Source: an uncultured Candidatus Saccharibacteria bacterium (GTDB lineage: Bacteria > Patescibacteriota > SICC01). From it: DNA of 64,000 nt. The position numbers and the translations under genes were made by a program. Shown here piece after piece: positions 36,766-46,464 of this stretch (position 1 is the stretch's first letter; each line of letters opens with the position of its first letter). The stretch lies in contig CAZGHP010000002.1 of assembly GCA_964525455.1 (NCBI GenBank), positions 1,362-65,361 on the forward strand. Reading direction: 5' to 3'. The notes beneath the pieces were generated by a model. It saw only the letters and a list, made by a program, of their open reading frames with translations, made no database searches and was not told where the DNA came from.

Positions 36766-39111
36766 ATGCCTGAATCCGACGAATTGGATTTCGGGGGCGA
36801 CCACCCCGAGAACCTCCAGTACACCACCAAGGACGCGCGGCTCCTCAACCAGACCGAAACCGGCATCGCCCGGGCGGTGGCCGAGGAGTCCGAGAACTTC
36901 CTCGAGCGCCAGTACGGACGCGTCTTCATCGTCGCCGACACGCCGTTCACCGACGACGCCTACGACGTCGGCGAGATCATCACCGACACGTTCCAGCGCG
37001 AGTTCTTCGAAGACCTCAACCGCTCCGTCGGAGGCTCCTTCGAGCACGCCCTCACCGTCCTCAACCAGACCCTTGCCGACCTCGCCGCCGAGGGGCAATC
37101 CGACTGGGTCGGCAAGCTCGACGCGGTCATCTGCGTCGTCCGTGAGAACGAGATATTCGTGACCCAGGCCGGAAACGCCAAGGCCTACCTGGTCCGCGGC
37201 CACGCTTCCACCGACATCACCGAAGGACTTTCCGAACCGCCGGCCGGCGGCCAGACCGCCAAGACGTTCCTGAACGTGGCCGAAGGCGCGCTTGAGGTCG
37301 GCGACAAGCTCCTGCTGGCGACGCCGGAGCTGCTCTCCCGGATTCCGATCCGCGATCTCCGCCGAACGGTCTTCCTGCACCCACCAGTGCGGGCGATCCA
37401 GAAACTCGCGGAACATCTCGCCGAGCAACGGCCGGAGCGCTTCGCGTCGGTAATCGTCGAACTCACGACCGTCGACCTGATCTCCTCGGAAACCCTTTCC
37501 GACGAACCGAACGAGATCATCCTCTCCGCGCCGCGGCGGCACTTCGAGACGCTCCAACGGTTACGGCCGCTGCGCAAGGATACCCCCGCTGCCGAACTGG
37601 CCGACAAGGCCAAGAAGCGCTGGGAGCAGCAGTTGAAGCCGCAGCTCAAACGCGTTACCGGCAACACGGCGCACCGGATCCGTTCCTGGCAGGCCGCACG
37701 CAAGGGCGAGACCCCGCCGCCTCCGCCGCCCCGCCATGCCGCCGGCACCCCGGAAACGGATTCCGCGACACGCCGGACGGAACATGCCCAACCCGACGGC
37801 TTCGCCGGGTCGGCCGCGGACACCGGCCGCCGGGTCGGCCGGCAAGCCATGCAGGCCGCCCGGCCCGTGATCCGGAAGGCGGGGCAGCTCTGGGAACGCA
37901 GCGGCATCCCGCGCTCGGACGCCTGGCGGCGGGTCCACGGCACCGCCCGGAACATCACCGAGCCGCTCTACCGACGCATCGGCGGCCTTCCCTGGCGAGA
38001 ACAGTTCGCCGGCAACAAACGCACCTTGTACCGTAATCTCCTGCTCGTCGGCGCGCTGATCCTGCTGATCAGCATCGCGCTTTCCGTGAACGCCGCCCAG
38101 AATCGCAAGGCCGAAGCCGCGGTCCGCGACCGTATCCAGGGGATCGAAGAACTCCAGGCCAAGGCCGAGGCAAGTTTCATCTTCAAGGACGTGCCCGGCG
38201 CCCGGAAGCAGCTCGCTACGGCGACCACCCGGGCCAATGAACTCGCCAGGGAGGGCGTCCTCGAGGATGAGGTTACCTCACTCCAGAAGAGCCTGCAGGT
38301 CTCGGCGGACCGGATCAATGTGGTGGTCAGGGTCAAGGACCCCGTCGCCGATTTCCGTAAGCAGACGAAGGAGCCGCTGCGCTCGCTGGCCCAATCCGGT
38401 ACCAGCTTCTACGCATTCGGGGGGCGGGCGCCGGTGATCACCTTCAATACCAACGGCAAGGAGGTCTCGGCCGGGGACGAACCGCCGGTACAGAACGCGG
38501 TCAGCGGTACCGCCACGACTTCCAACGGCGACGTCCTGCTGCTCACCGACAAGCCGGCGCTGGTCCAGCTCGATACCGCCTCCGGCGTGGCCGCGGAAAT
38601 CGAGCTCGGCACCGGCGGCACGTGGGAGGGCGGCGTCGCGGTCGACACGGTCCAGCAGAACGCGTACATCCTCGCCCCGGACGACGACCAGGTCTGGCGC
38701 CATACCCGGACGCTCTCCGCCTTCAACCGCGGCGAGGCCTACTTCGACGGCAAAGTCGAGCTGCGGGACGCGGTGGACATCGTGACCGGCGCGGCGGTAC
38801 ATATCCTGAAGTCGGACGGTTCCGTGATCCGTGCCACCGGCGGCGAACCGGCGAACCTGCCGCTCAAGCGGCCGCCGTCACCGGACGATTCGCTGGACGG
38901 TGCCACTGCGTTCGCGATCAACTTCGCGGATGACCATCTTTTCATCAGCGACCCCAAGCGGCGTCGCGTGGTCGAGTTCAACGCGGAAGGCGGCTATGTC
39001 CGCCAGTTCCACCACGATGACTTCGGCGGCATCACCGACGTCGTCGTCGACGACAAGACCGAGCAGCTCTACGTACTCTCCGACAACCGGCTCTGGCAGA
39101 TCGGGTTGTAA
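36766..39111 (+). CDS. Hypothetical bitopic membrane protein (cytoplasmic N-domain, one TM, large extracytoplasmic C-domain)
   Basis: ATG at 36766 preferred over the ORF-track start. TM LLLVGALILLISIALSV near the middle. No confident domain call. Confidence 0.55.
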   Translation: MPESDELDFGGDHPENLQYTTKDARLLNQTETGIARAVAEESENFLERQYGRVFIVADTPFTDDAYDVGEIITDTFQREFFEDLNRSVGGSFEHALTVLNQTLADLAAEGQSDWVGKLDAVICVVRENEIFVTQAGNAKAYLVRGHASTDITEGLSEPPAGGQTAKTFLNVAEGALEVGDKLLLATPELLSRIPIRDLRRTVFLHPPVRAIQKLAEHLAEQRPERFASVIVELTTVDLISSETLSDEPNEIILSAPRRHFETLQRLRPLRKDTPAAELADKAKKRWEQQLKPQLKRVTGNTAHRIRSWQAARKGETPPPPPPRHAAGTPETDSATRRTEHAQPDGFAGSAADTGRRVGRQAMQAARPVIRKAGQLWERSGIPRSDAWRRVHGTARNITEPLYRRIGGLPWREQFAGNKRTLYRNLLLVGALILLISIALSVNAAQNRKAEAAVRDRIQGIEELQAKAEASFIFKDVPGARKQLATATTRANELAREGVLEDEVTSLQKSLQVSADRINVVVRVKDPVADFRKQTKEPLRSLAQSGTSFYAFGGRAPVITFNTNGKEVSAGDEPPVQNAVSGTATTSNGDVLLLTDKPALVQLDTASGVAAEIELGTGGTWEGGVAVDTVQQNAYILAPDDDQVWRHTRTLSAFNRGEAYFDGKVELRDAVDIVTGAAVHILKSDGSVIRATGGEPANLPLKRPPSPDDSLDGATAFAINFADDHLFISDPKRRRVVEFNAEGGYVRQFHHDDFGGITDVVVDDKTEQLYVLSDNRLWQIGL

Positions 39112-39974
39112 TGAAACGGCCGCGCCTCGGCGTCGTCATCTACACGCATGACCGGGTCGATGATGCGCGCATCAACCAGGAGGTCATCCGGAATATCTGG
39201 CGGACGCCCGAGTTCGCGGAAACGATGATCGTCCATGCTTACAACGGCCACCAGCGCTGGTACCCGAAGCGTTATCTCGAAGACGTTCTGGTCCGGCGGC
39301 CGAACCCCGGCCACTTGGCCGGTGCCAGCGACCTGATCGACGTGGGAATCAGACGGCTCCGGCGCTATCGCGACATATCGCATGTCGTGGTCCTGGCCGG
39401 CGACGCCTGGTGCCTCGACCCGCGCTATATCGCGAAGAAGATATCGGCGATGCGCAAGCAGGAGAAGCGGCTGGCCAGCGCCGTGTGGGGCACCGCGAAA
39501 CGTCAGAGTATGTGGGATCTCGGCCTGGCGACCCAGCTCTTCATCTTCGAGACCGCTTGGGCGGAGCGGTACCGCCTCTTCCCGCTCGACTACGCGGCGT
39601 TCGCCAAAAAGTACGAGGAATTCTTGCTCTACCGCAGCGGGAGCAGCGTGGCAGCCGAGAAACTTCTCACCACGCGCCTGCTCCAGGCCAGCTACCGGGA
39701 GCGGCCGGTCAATGTCGGGCGCCGGGACATCGCCGAGCGGCACGTGCTGCGCCTGACCGAGTGCGAACCGGTCCATAAGAACGAACGGTGGGAGCGGTAT
39801 CCCTACTGGCCCAAGATCGGGTTCGTGACCCATCATGACCCCGGACCGAAACGGAAGATCCTGAAGCAGCGCGGCGTACGACCGGCCGGTCCGGCGATGA
39901 AGAAACTGCTCACGGCAAAGGACCTGGGCTACTACAACAACGGCGCCCGACAGCACGCCGTACGGGTCGGCTAG
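39111..39974 (+). CDS. Hypothetical protein
   Basis: TAATG-type overlap with the upstream gene. 287 aa. No recognised motif. Confidence 0.5.
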   Translation: MKRPRLGVVIYTHDRVDDARINQEVIRNIWRTPEFAETMIVHAYNGHQRWYPKRYLEDVLVRRPNPGHLAGASDLIDVGIRRLRRYRDISHVVVLAGDAWCLDPRYIAKKISAMRKQEKRLASAVWGTAKRQSMWDLGLATQLFIFETAWAERYRLFPLDYAAFAKKYEEFLLYRSGSSVAAEKLLTTRLLQASYRERPVNVGRRDIAERHVLRLTECEPVHKNERWERYPYWPKIGFVTHHDPGPKRKILKQRGVRPAGPAMKKLLTAKDLGYYNNGARQHAVRVG

Positions 39975-41545
39975 AGTTCTTCCGGTAGCTCGATGCCGAT
40001 CGTCGCGCCGACCTGTTCGAGTACCAGCTTCGTCGCCTCGACCAGCCGGAGCCGGGCTGCGGTCTGGGCCCGGTCGTCGGACACCACGCGGCACTGCTCG
40101 TAGAACTTGTGGAACGTGTCGGCGATGCCGAGCGCATAGTGAGGCACGCGCTGGACCTGGTAATCCGCCGCGGTCTGGCGGATGACCTCCGGGAATTCAC
40201 CGAGTTTCTGGATCAGTGCGAATTCCGCCGGCTCGGTGAGCTTCGACAGGTCCGCGTCCTTCTTCCCGGCGTCCTTCCCCGCCTTCCGCAGGATCCCCGA
40301 CACCCGCGCATACGCGTACTTCAGGTAGTAGACCGGGTTCTTCTGGCTTTCCTCCTTGGCGAGGTCGAGGTCGAAGTCCATGTGCGTGTCCCAGCCGCGC
40401 ATCACGAAGAAGAAGCGCGCCACGTCGGACGGGACCTCGTCGAGCAGCTCGTCGAGTGCCACGTAGGTGCCGGCCCGCTTGCTCATCTTCACTTCCTTCC
40501 CGCCGCGGATCAGCCGGACCATCTGCGTGATAATGATCTCCAGCTTCCCTTCGAAATGTTCCGCCTGCCGGAGGAATTCCACTCCCGCCTGCATCCTCTT
40601 CACGTACCCGTGATGGTCGGCCCCCCAGATATCGATGGCAAGGTCGAACTTCCGCTTCTGCAGCTTGTGATAGTGATAGGCGATATCCGCCGCGAAGTAC
40701 GTGAGCAGCCCGTCCGACTTCCGAAGCACGCGGTCCTTGTCGTCATCGTGGTGGGTGGTCTTGAGCCAGAGCGCACCGTCTTTCTCGTACGCCGCATTGA
40801 TCCTCTCAAGGTCCCGGAGCGTCCGCTCGATCTCCCCTTTCTGGTGGAGCTCCTTGCTTTCCGAGAACCACGTGTCGAACTCGATCCCGGTCCGAGCGAC
40901 CGTTTCCTTGATCTGCTTGGCCTGGGCCGCCGCGGCCTGCCGTCCCGCGACCTGATGATCCTGCTTCTCTTTGACGAACCGCTTCAGTTCGGTCACATAA
41001 TCGCCCTGATAGGAGCGCTCTCCGGGACCGTCAGCCAGGACGGACTTACCGAGCTCCGTGATCTGGTTACCGATATCGTTCAGATAGTATTCCCGCTCCA
41101 CGGCGTGCCCGGCCCGGTCGAACACGTTAGCCAACACGTCTCCCCCATACCCGCCCCGGCCGCTGGCGAGGGTCAGCGGACCGGTCGGGTTCGCCGAGAC
41201 GAACTCGACCTGGACCTTCTTTCCGGTTTTCCCGAACCGGCCGAAGTCCTTCCCCGCCTCCAGGATCTCCGTCACCGCTTTCTGCCAGGCCGCCGGGCTC
41301 AGCGTGAAGTTAAGGAATCCCGGCCCGGCCACCTCGACCTTCGTGAACCGCTCATCCGCGGCGAGCTTCTCCTGCAGTCCTTCCGCAAGGCTCCGCGGGT
41401 TCACGCCCCGCTTCTTACCGAGCACCAGCGCGGCGTTCGAAGCGTAGTCGCCGTGCCCGGCCTGCTTCGGCCGTTCGACGGAGAAGTCGGCATCGTCCGC
41501 GTCGGCGAGTCCGGCGAGTAACTTGTGTATTTGTTGGGAGAGCAT
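39971..41545 (-). CDS. argS: Arginine--tRNA ligase
   Basis: NPTGPLTLASGRGG (HIGH-region variant) and KMSKRAG motifs. ATG at 41545 (MLSQQIHKLL). Confidence 0.9.
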   Translation of the reverse strand: MLSQQIHKLLAGLADADDADFSVERPKQAGHGDYASNAALVLGKKRGVNPRSLAEGLQEKLAADERFTKVEVAGPGFLNFTLSPAAWQKAVTEILEAGKDFGRFGKTGKKVQVEFVSANPTGPLTLASGRGGYGGDVLANVFDRAGHAVEREYYLNDIGNQITELGKSVLADGPGERSYQGDYVTELKRFVKEKQDHQVAGRQAAAAQAKQIKETVARTGIEFDTWFSESKELHQKGEIERTLRDLERINAAYEKDGALWLKTTHHDDDKDRVLRKSDGLLTYFAADIAYHYHKLQKRKFDLAIDIWGADHHGYVKRMQAGVEFLRQAEHFEGKLEIIITQMVRLIRGGKEVKMSKRAGTYVALDELLDEVPSDVARFFFVMRGWDTHMDFDLDLAKEESQKNPVYYLKYAYARVSGILRKAGKDAGKKDADLSKLTEPAEFALIQKLGEFPEVIRQTAADYQVQRVPHYALGIADTFHKFYEQCRVVSDDRAQTAARLRLVEATKLVLEQVGATIGIELPEEL

Positions 41546-41632
41546 AGGTAGTGATATCATTATCCGTCGTTCACCGTCCGAGGTAAATCTTCGAACATTC
41601 ACAACGATACGCAATCCGAAGGGAGACATCTG

Positions 41633-41737
41633 TTGGATCCGAACAAGGCCTCTCAAGCTCTCGGTTTTCTAATCCTCATCGGAGGCGGTGCCATTTGCAT
41701 CATTCTCGTGGCAGTCGGCGGTTGTGGCTCTGCCTAA
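41633..41737 (+). CDS. Putative 34-aa hydrophobic peptide
   Basis: AAGGGAGA RBS 6 nt before a TTG. Encodes LDPNKASQALGFLILIGGGAICIILVAVGGCGSA. Confidence 0.3.
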   Translation: MDPNKASQALGFLILIGGGAICIILVAVGGCGSA

Positions 41738-41886
41738 CATCCCGCTAGTACACCGCTTCAAAAAACGAAAGGACACGCCCGTACGCCGAACCGTAGACCC
41801 CGCAACGAGAGTGGCGCTTTCAATGGCGCGGTGCTCATCACCGCCCTGGATCATCTTCATGGGCGACTAGGAACAGAAAGGAAACC

Positions 41887-42045
41887 ATGTCAGCAGACCA
41901 GCACCAGAAGGACGGCGAGCTCAAACTGAGATACCGGATCGCCGGCACCGTGCTCACTGCCGGAGTGTATCTCATGATGGCCTTCCTCGTCCTCTGTGCC
42001 CTCGGATTCTTACTCGCCTTGGTCACGCTCGTTCCCGAGCAGTGA
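41887..42045 (+). CDS. Putative 52-aa small membrane protein
   Basis: AAAGGAAA RBS. One TM: VLTAGVYLMMAFLVLCALGFLLALVTL. Confidence 0.35.
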   Translation: MSADQHQKDGELKLRYRIAGTVLTAGVYLMMAFLVLCALGFLLALVTLVPEQ

Positions 42046-42158
42046 ACAAGTCCAGGCAACCGACCGGCACTACCTTACCCGCGGCCAGAGAGATACCCCC
42101 AACCAATCTCTCTGGCCGCTTTTTCTTCGTGCGGCGCTTCTTGAGGCATAATCAGGAC

Positions 42159-42617
42159 ATGAAGGTCATCGCGAAGAACCGGCGGGCACGGCACGACTAC
42201 CTGCTCGAACAGACGTATGAGGCCGGCGTCGCGCTTACGGGCAGCGAGGTCAAGTCGATCAAGGCTGGCGATATCTCGATCCAGGAAGCCTACGTGGTGA
42301 TCCGCGGCGCCGAGGCGTACCTGCTCGGCGCACACGTCAAACCGTGGCACGCTTCCCGCGGCGTTGGCGGCGAGACCGACCCGACCCGCACCCGCAAGCT
42401 CCTCCTCCACCGGCAGGAGCTCGACAAGCTGATCGGCGCGACCAAGGAGAAGGGCCGGACGCTGGTACCGGTCACCGTGGGGCTGAGCAAGGGGCTGGTG
42501 AAGCTCGAGATCGCGCTTGCCCGCGGCAAGAAGACGCACGACAAGCGCGAGACGCTGAAGCGCCGCTCGGCCGACCGCGAAGCGGCCCAAGCCATCAGAC
42601 GAGCGGCGAAAAGTTAG
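42159..42617 (+). CDS. smpB: SsrA-binding protein
   Basis: Starts MKVIAKNRRARHDYLLEQTYEAGVALTGSEVKS. LLLHRQE motif and basic C-tail. tmRNA lies 3.3 kb downstream. Confidence 0.9.
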   Translation: MKVIAKNRRARHDYLLEQTYEAGVALTGSEVKSIKAGDISIQEAYVVIRGAEAYLLGAHVKPWHASRGVGGETDPTRTRKLLLHRQELDKLIGATKEKGRTLVPVTVGLSKGLVKLEIALARGKKTHDKRETLKRRSADREAAQAIRRAAKS

Positions 42618-42621
42618 TTTA

Positions 42622-43032
42622 TTGACTTTATTCCGCGAGTCCGTAGACTTGGGTATCGTGAGCGTACAACCTGAACCCGAACCTGGGGCGAGACCCGATA
42701 CCGACTTCAGCGCCGAACCCGAACCTGGGCCGGTTTCCGAAGACGGGCCGTCGCCGGAAACAGCCGGGGAGTCCGACGGTAGATCGGCCGACGGGCGCGC
42801 CGGAACGCCCGAACCCGACCAACCCGAACCAAGACCCCGGACCCGCCCCGCGCCCCTGGCTGGCTTTTCGGAAGGCTTGATCGACGCCCTTCGCAAACGT
42901 CAGGAAGACAGACGGGACAGGCGGTCCTTCCGCGGCCCATTGGGCCGGCCGAGCCTTGGCACGGTACGGCAAGCCAAGCGGGAACAGGCGGAGAGACGCC
43001 CGCCCGAGCCACCCGGCGACGCGGGAAGCTGA
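42622..43032 (+). CDS. Low-complexity acidic/Pro-rich hypothetical protein
   Basis: EPEPG-coding 15-nt repeat occurs twice. Coding status uncertain. Confidence 0.3.
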   Translation: MTLFRESVDLGIVSVQPEPEPGARPDTDFSAEPEPGPVSEDGPSPETAGESDGRSADGRAGTPEPDQPEPRPRTRPAPLAGFSEGLIDALRKRQEDRRDRRSFRGPLGRPSLGTVRQAKREQAERRPPEPPGDAGS

Positions 43033-43051
43033 CCGCGGCCGGCCGGCCACG

Positions 43052-43735
43052 TCACGCGTGATACGCCGAACGCGGCACGGCCACCGCGCAGATCTCGGCG
43101 AGTGCGTGTAGTAGCGCTTTGTGTTCCTCCGGCTTGAGCCGCGCGTAGAGCTTCTCGACCGTATCGCCGTCCCCTACCTCCACCTGGGCGCGCCGGAACA
43201 CCGGTCCGACACCGCCGTCCGGCGTATGCGCGAAGATGCTGGAACCGGCCCGCGACTGTCCGGCCGCCAGCACGGCCTGGATCGCGTTCTGTCCGGTCAG
43301 TCCCGTGCACGGGTCAGCAAAGGTACCGTCCGGCAATTTGAACTTATGGTAGCCCGGGTCGGGCAAAAGCCCCGGGTGCACCGAGAGCACGCGCCATGGG
43401 AAGTAGCGGTGGAACGACTCGGAGAGACCGTAGGTCCAGCCCGCCAGGACGACCAGGTCCGGCGAGAACCGCTGGAGCTTGCGGGCGAGATCCTCCTCGT
43501 AATGCGACCGCGGCTTGCCGCGCGCCGCGTAATCGGCATGGTCCAGCACGACCGTCGGCACGTCCGCTTCACGGGCACGCACCAGGCCGTAGGCATTCTC
43601 CTGGTCGGAGGCGACCGCCACGATCTGGCCGTCGAACCGCTCGGTCTGGCCGTCCAGCAACGCCTGGAGGTTCGAGCCGCCGCTCTTGTTCGAAATGAGT
43701 ACCGCGATACGTTTCATGTCGGTGTTTGCCGTCAT
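43052..43735 (-). CDS. purN: Phosphoribosylglycinamide formyltransferase
   Basis: IAVLISNKSGGSNLQAL, DLVVLAG and RVLSVHPGLLP motifs. Starts at the ATG at 43735 (MTANTDMKR). Confidence 0.8.
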   Translation of the reverse strand: MTANTDMKRIAVLISNKSGGSNLQALLDGQTERFDGQIVAVASDQENAYGLVRAREADVPTVVLDHADYAARGKPRSHYEEDLARKLQRFSPDLVVLAGWTYGLSESFHRYFPWRVLSVHPGLLPDPGYHKFKLPDGTFADPCTGLTGQNAIQAVLAAGQSRAGSSIFAHTPDGGVGPVFRRAQVEVGDGDTVEKLYARLKPEEHKALLHALAEICAVAVPRSAYHA

Positions 43736-43749
43736 GATAGCACGCCTGG

Positions 43750-45015
43750 TCAGGCGTGAGATACGTCCAACGTCGCGAAGAGGTCGTCCTCGGTCTCCGC
43801 GCGGCGGATCAGCTCCAGCGAACCGTCTTCCCTGAGCAGCGCTTCCCCGCACCGGAGCTTGCCGTTGTAGTTGAATCCCATCGCCCGGCCGTGCGCGCCG
43901 GTGTCGTGGATCACCAAGACATCGCCGGGCACGACCTTCGGTAGTTTGCGCTGGATGGCGAACTTGTCGTTGTTCTCGCAGAGCGAGCCGGCCACGTCGT
44001 AGGTCTCGGTGGCAGGCGCGTCTTCTTTCCCGAGCACGGTGATATGGTGATAGGCGCCGTACAGGCTGGGGCGCATGAGGTCGGCCATGGTGGCGTCCAC
44101 GCCGACCACCTGCCGGTGCTTCTGCATGACGTGCCGGACCGTCGCGAGCAGCACGCCGTGCGGCCCGACCACGAAGCGGCCCATCTCGGTAAAGATCTCC
44201 GGGCCCTCCGTGCCGAACGCCTCGCGATAGGCGGACTTGATCAGCTCCGTCACGCGGCCGACATCGATCGGCTGCTGGCCCGGTTCGTAGGGAATGCCGA
44301 ACCCGCCGCCGAGGTTGATGAAGCTGAGCGTGACGCCGGTCTCCTTCATGACCCGCTGTGCTTCGGCAAAGAGGATCCGGGCGGTTTCCGCGAAGTAATC
44401 GGCCCGCACCTCGTTCGACGCGACCATCGTGTGCATGCCGAACCGCTGCACGCCGCCGGCCTTAAGCTGCCGGTAGGCTTCCGGCAGTTGGGTGGCCGTC
44501 ATGCCGAACTTCGCCTCTTCCGGCAGGCCAATCATCTCGTTGCCGCCCTTGAGCCGGCCCGGGTTATAGCGTACGCAGGCGGTCTCAGGAAGGTTTCCGA
44601 GATGCTCGCGGTAATAGCCGATGTGCGTGAGGTCGTCGAAGTTGATGATCGCCCCGAGCGCGGCCGCACGGCGGAACTCCTCCGCCGGCGTGTCGTTGGA
44701 GGTGAACATCACGCGCGAACCGGTAATTCCCGCCCGTTCCGCGAGCGCGAGTTCCGGCCCGGAGCTGGTGTCGGCCCCCGACTGCTCGTCGCGTAGGATC
44801 TCCAGGATCCGCGGGTTCGGCAGGGCTTTCACCGCGAAGTAGTTGCGATAGCCCGGCGCCCAGGCGAACGCCTCGTTCAGCGTACGGGCGCTCGCCCGGA
44901 TGCCGCGCTCATCGTAGAGGTAGAGCGGCGGCGCGAACCGTTTGATCGCCTGGGTGATTGCCTCGCGTGGAGGGGTGAAACCATTGGCATGCACTGGTGA
45001 CGACTGACCCTTCAT
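43750..45015 (-). CDS. PLP-dependent decarboxylase, Orn/DAP/Arg family (diaminopimelate decarboxylase-like)
   Basis: INLGGGFGIPY, EMGRFVVGPHG and GSLCENNDKFA (CESxD-like) motifs. Confidence 0.7.
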   Translation of the reverse strand: MKGQSSPVHANGFTPPREAITQAIKRFAPPLYLYDERGIRASARTLNEAFAWAPGYRNYFAVKALPNPRILEILRDEQSGADTSSGPELALAERAGITGSRVMFTSNDTPAEEFRRAAALGAIINFDDLTHIGYYREHLGNLPETACVRYNPGRLKGGNEMIGLPEEAKFGMTATQLPEAYRQLKAGGVQRFGMHTMVASNEVRADYFAETARILFAEAQRVMKETGVTLSFINLGGGFGIPYEPGQQPIDVGRVTELIKSAYREAFGTEGPEIFTEMGRFVVGPHGVLLATVRHVMQKHRQVVGVDATMADLMRPSLYGAYHHITVLGKEDAPATETYDVAGSLCENNDKFAIQRKLPKVVPGDVLVIHDTGAHGRAMGFNYNGKLRCGEALLREDGSLELIRRAETEDDLFATLDVSHA

Positions 45016-45036
45016 AGTTATCCAAGCTACTACAAG

Positions 45037-45852
45037 TCAGGGCTTTTTGATACGCGGATCGTCGGGAACGGCTCCCCAGAAGCCGCGCGCATCCAGTACC
45101 GCGAGGAGTTCTTCCCGTTGGCGCTCGACCAGGCGACCGACAGGACGATCGTAGCCGATATGCAGCTCTCGAAGTATCCCCCCGATTCCCTTTCGGTCCC
45201 TTCGGCCGTTCTTACCGTGCGGAACATGCCACAACAGCTCGGCGACCGGCATGTTTTCAACCATGGGATCATCCAGCGCTTCGACCACCGGAAGCTCACC
45301 CCGCTTTACTTCGCGCTTCATCCGCGCGCGAGCAAACCGGATTTCATTGGCACGCTCCAGGGCCGGCATGCGTTGGGTTTCCGAAGACACATACACCCCC
45401 AGCTTCCTTACCTCCGGAGTGACCGGCACCTCCCTGCGTTCATGGCCTTCGCGAGCCAGCTCGGTCAGCAGCACGTCGTGGCTCCAGGCAGAGAGATGCT
45501 CCACCGTGACTTCTTGTGACACCCGGGCCTTCCTGAGAACCCGGCGCGTACGGGCATTGCTCTTGAGACCCCGAGGTCCCCAGCCGATCAGGCTGACCAG
45601 TTCTTCTACCGGCATGGTCGCGACCGCCGGATCGTCAAGGACGTCGGGAATAATCATGTCTCCGTTCCGGAGTCCCTCCCGGATCCTGCTCCTTCGCATC
45701 CTGTGGCGGTTCGCTTTTTCCAGCGCGGCATCCCGGAGGCGCTCTTGGAGATCGGCCGGCGACTCCGCGGCGGGCCCGCCATCCGCGATGAAACCGGCCG
45801 CGGCCTCGGTCGCCCCGGATTCCCCTTCCGCGCCTAGTGGTGCAAGTATCAT
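45037..45852 (-). CDS. Hypothetical protein with an internally duplicated helix-hairpin-helix-like motif
   Basis: IPDVLDDPAVATMPVEELVSLI and LPVVEALDDPMVENMPVAELLWHV repeat units. Confidence 0.45.
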   Translation of the reverse strand: MILAPLGAEGESGATEAAAGFIADGGPAAESPADLQERLRDAALEKANRHRMRRSRIREGLRNGDMIIPDVLDDPAVATMPVEELVSLIGWGPRGLKSNARTRRVLRKARVSQEVTVEHLSAWSHDVLLTELAREGHERREVPVTPEVRKLGVYVSSETQRMPALERANEIRFARARMKREVKRGELPVVEALDDPMVENMPVAELLWHVPHGKNGRRDRKGIGGILRELHIGYDRPVGRLVERQREELLAVLDARGFWGAVPDDPRIKKP

Positions 45853-45916
45853 GGCCGTTCAGTTTAGCACGACCGACCATTGACTTTTGCGCCCAGCTGA
45901 CCTACAATCCGCCCAC

Positions 45917-46340
45917 GGGGATGCACCGGATTCGACGGTGAAGCACCTTGACAGACCGCCGGCTGAGGACGGACGCTCACCTCATTAATCATGCGTCCGA
46001 CGCCATTACAATTGGCAACTTTACAGAGAAAGTCGCTGCGTTCCGTGACTCCGTAAGGGAAACCTTCCGGACCGCGTTCGCGCAGATGGACGCTCTACCC
46101 GTCCGGGCTTAATTCCCGGACCGTGCGCCTGCCAGTGCCCGGCTGGAAGGATCGCGCGCCATACTCCGGGCTTATCCCGATTCCCTAGTCTCAGGAAATT
46201 GGGAGAAAACTTTGAGACTGGGTTCGCTGGGTTTCGTCCGTTTTCGACCAGCGAGCTGACAGCAAAAAGCGGACTACGCCGGTAGATCGTCTTTCACAGG
46301 TCTTTATCGGACGGGGGTTCGACTCCCCCCATCTCCACCA
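45917..46340 (+). ncRNA. ssrA: tmRNA (transfer-messenger RNA)
   Basis: 5' GGGGATGCACCGGATTCGACGG pairs with 3' ...CATCTCCACCA. tRNA-like T-arm GGACGGGGGTTCGACTCCCCC. Ends in CCA. Confidence 0.85.
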
Positions 46341-46464
46341 AGCTTACGGAAAATTAGCGACACATTTATACCTCTGTTGAGGTATTTATTTAGTGCCAAT
46401 CCGCTTGTTAGTTGCGAATGTTGAGGGGAGTCAAACCCCGCTAGACAGTTACGCTTCAAGCGGG

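Noticed and set aside
42075-42896. 273-aa minus-strand ORF overlapping smpB
   Set aside because: smpB is unambiguous. The antisense product is low-complexity.
43738-43760. Small palindrome CACGCCTGGTCAGGCGTG at the purN start / decarboxylase stop
   Set aside because: 8-bp stem with a 2-nt loop is sterically implausible as a hairpin. It is more likely coincidental or a short protein-binding palindrome. Too weak to call.
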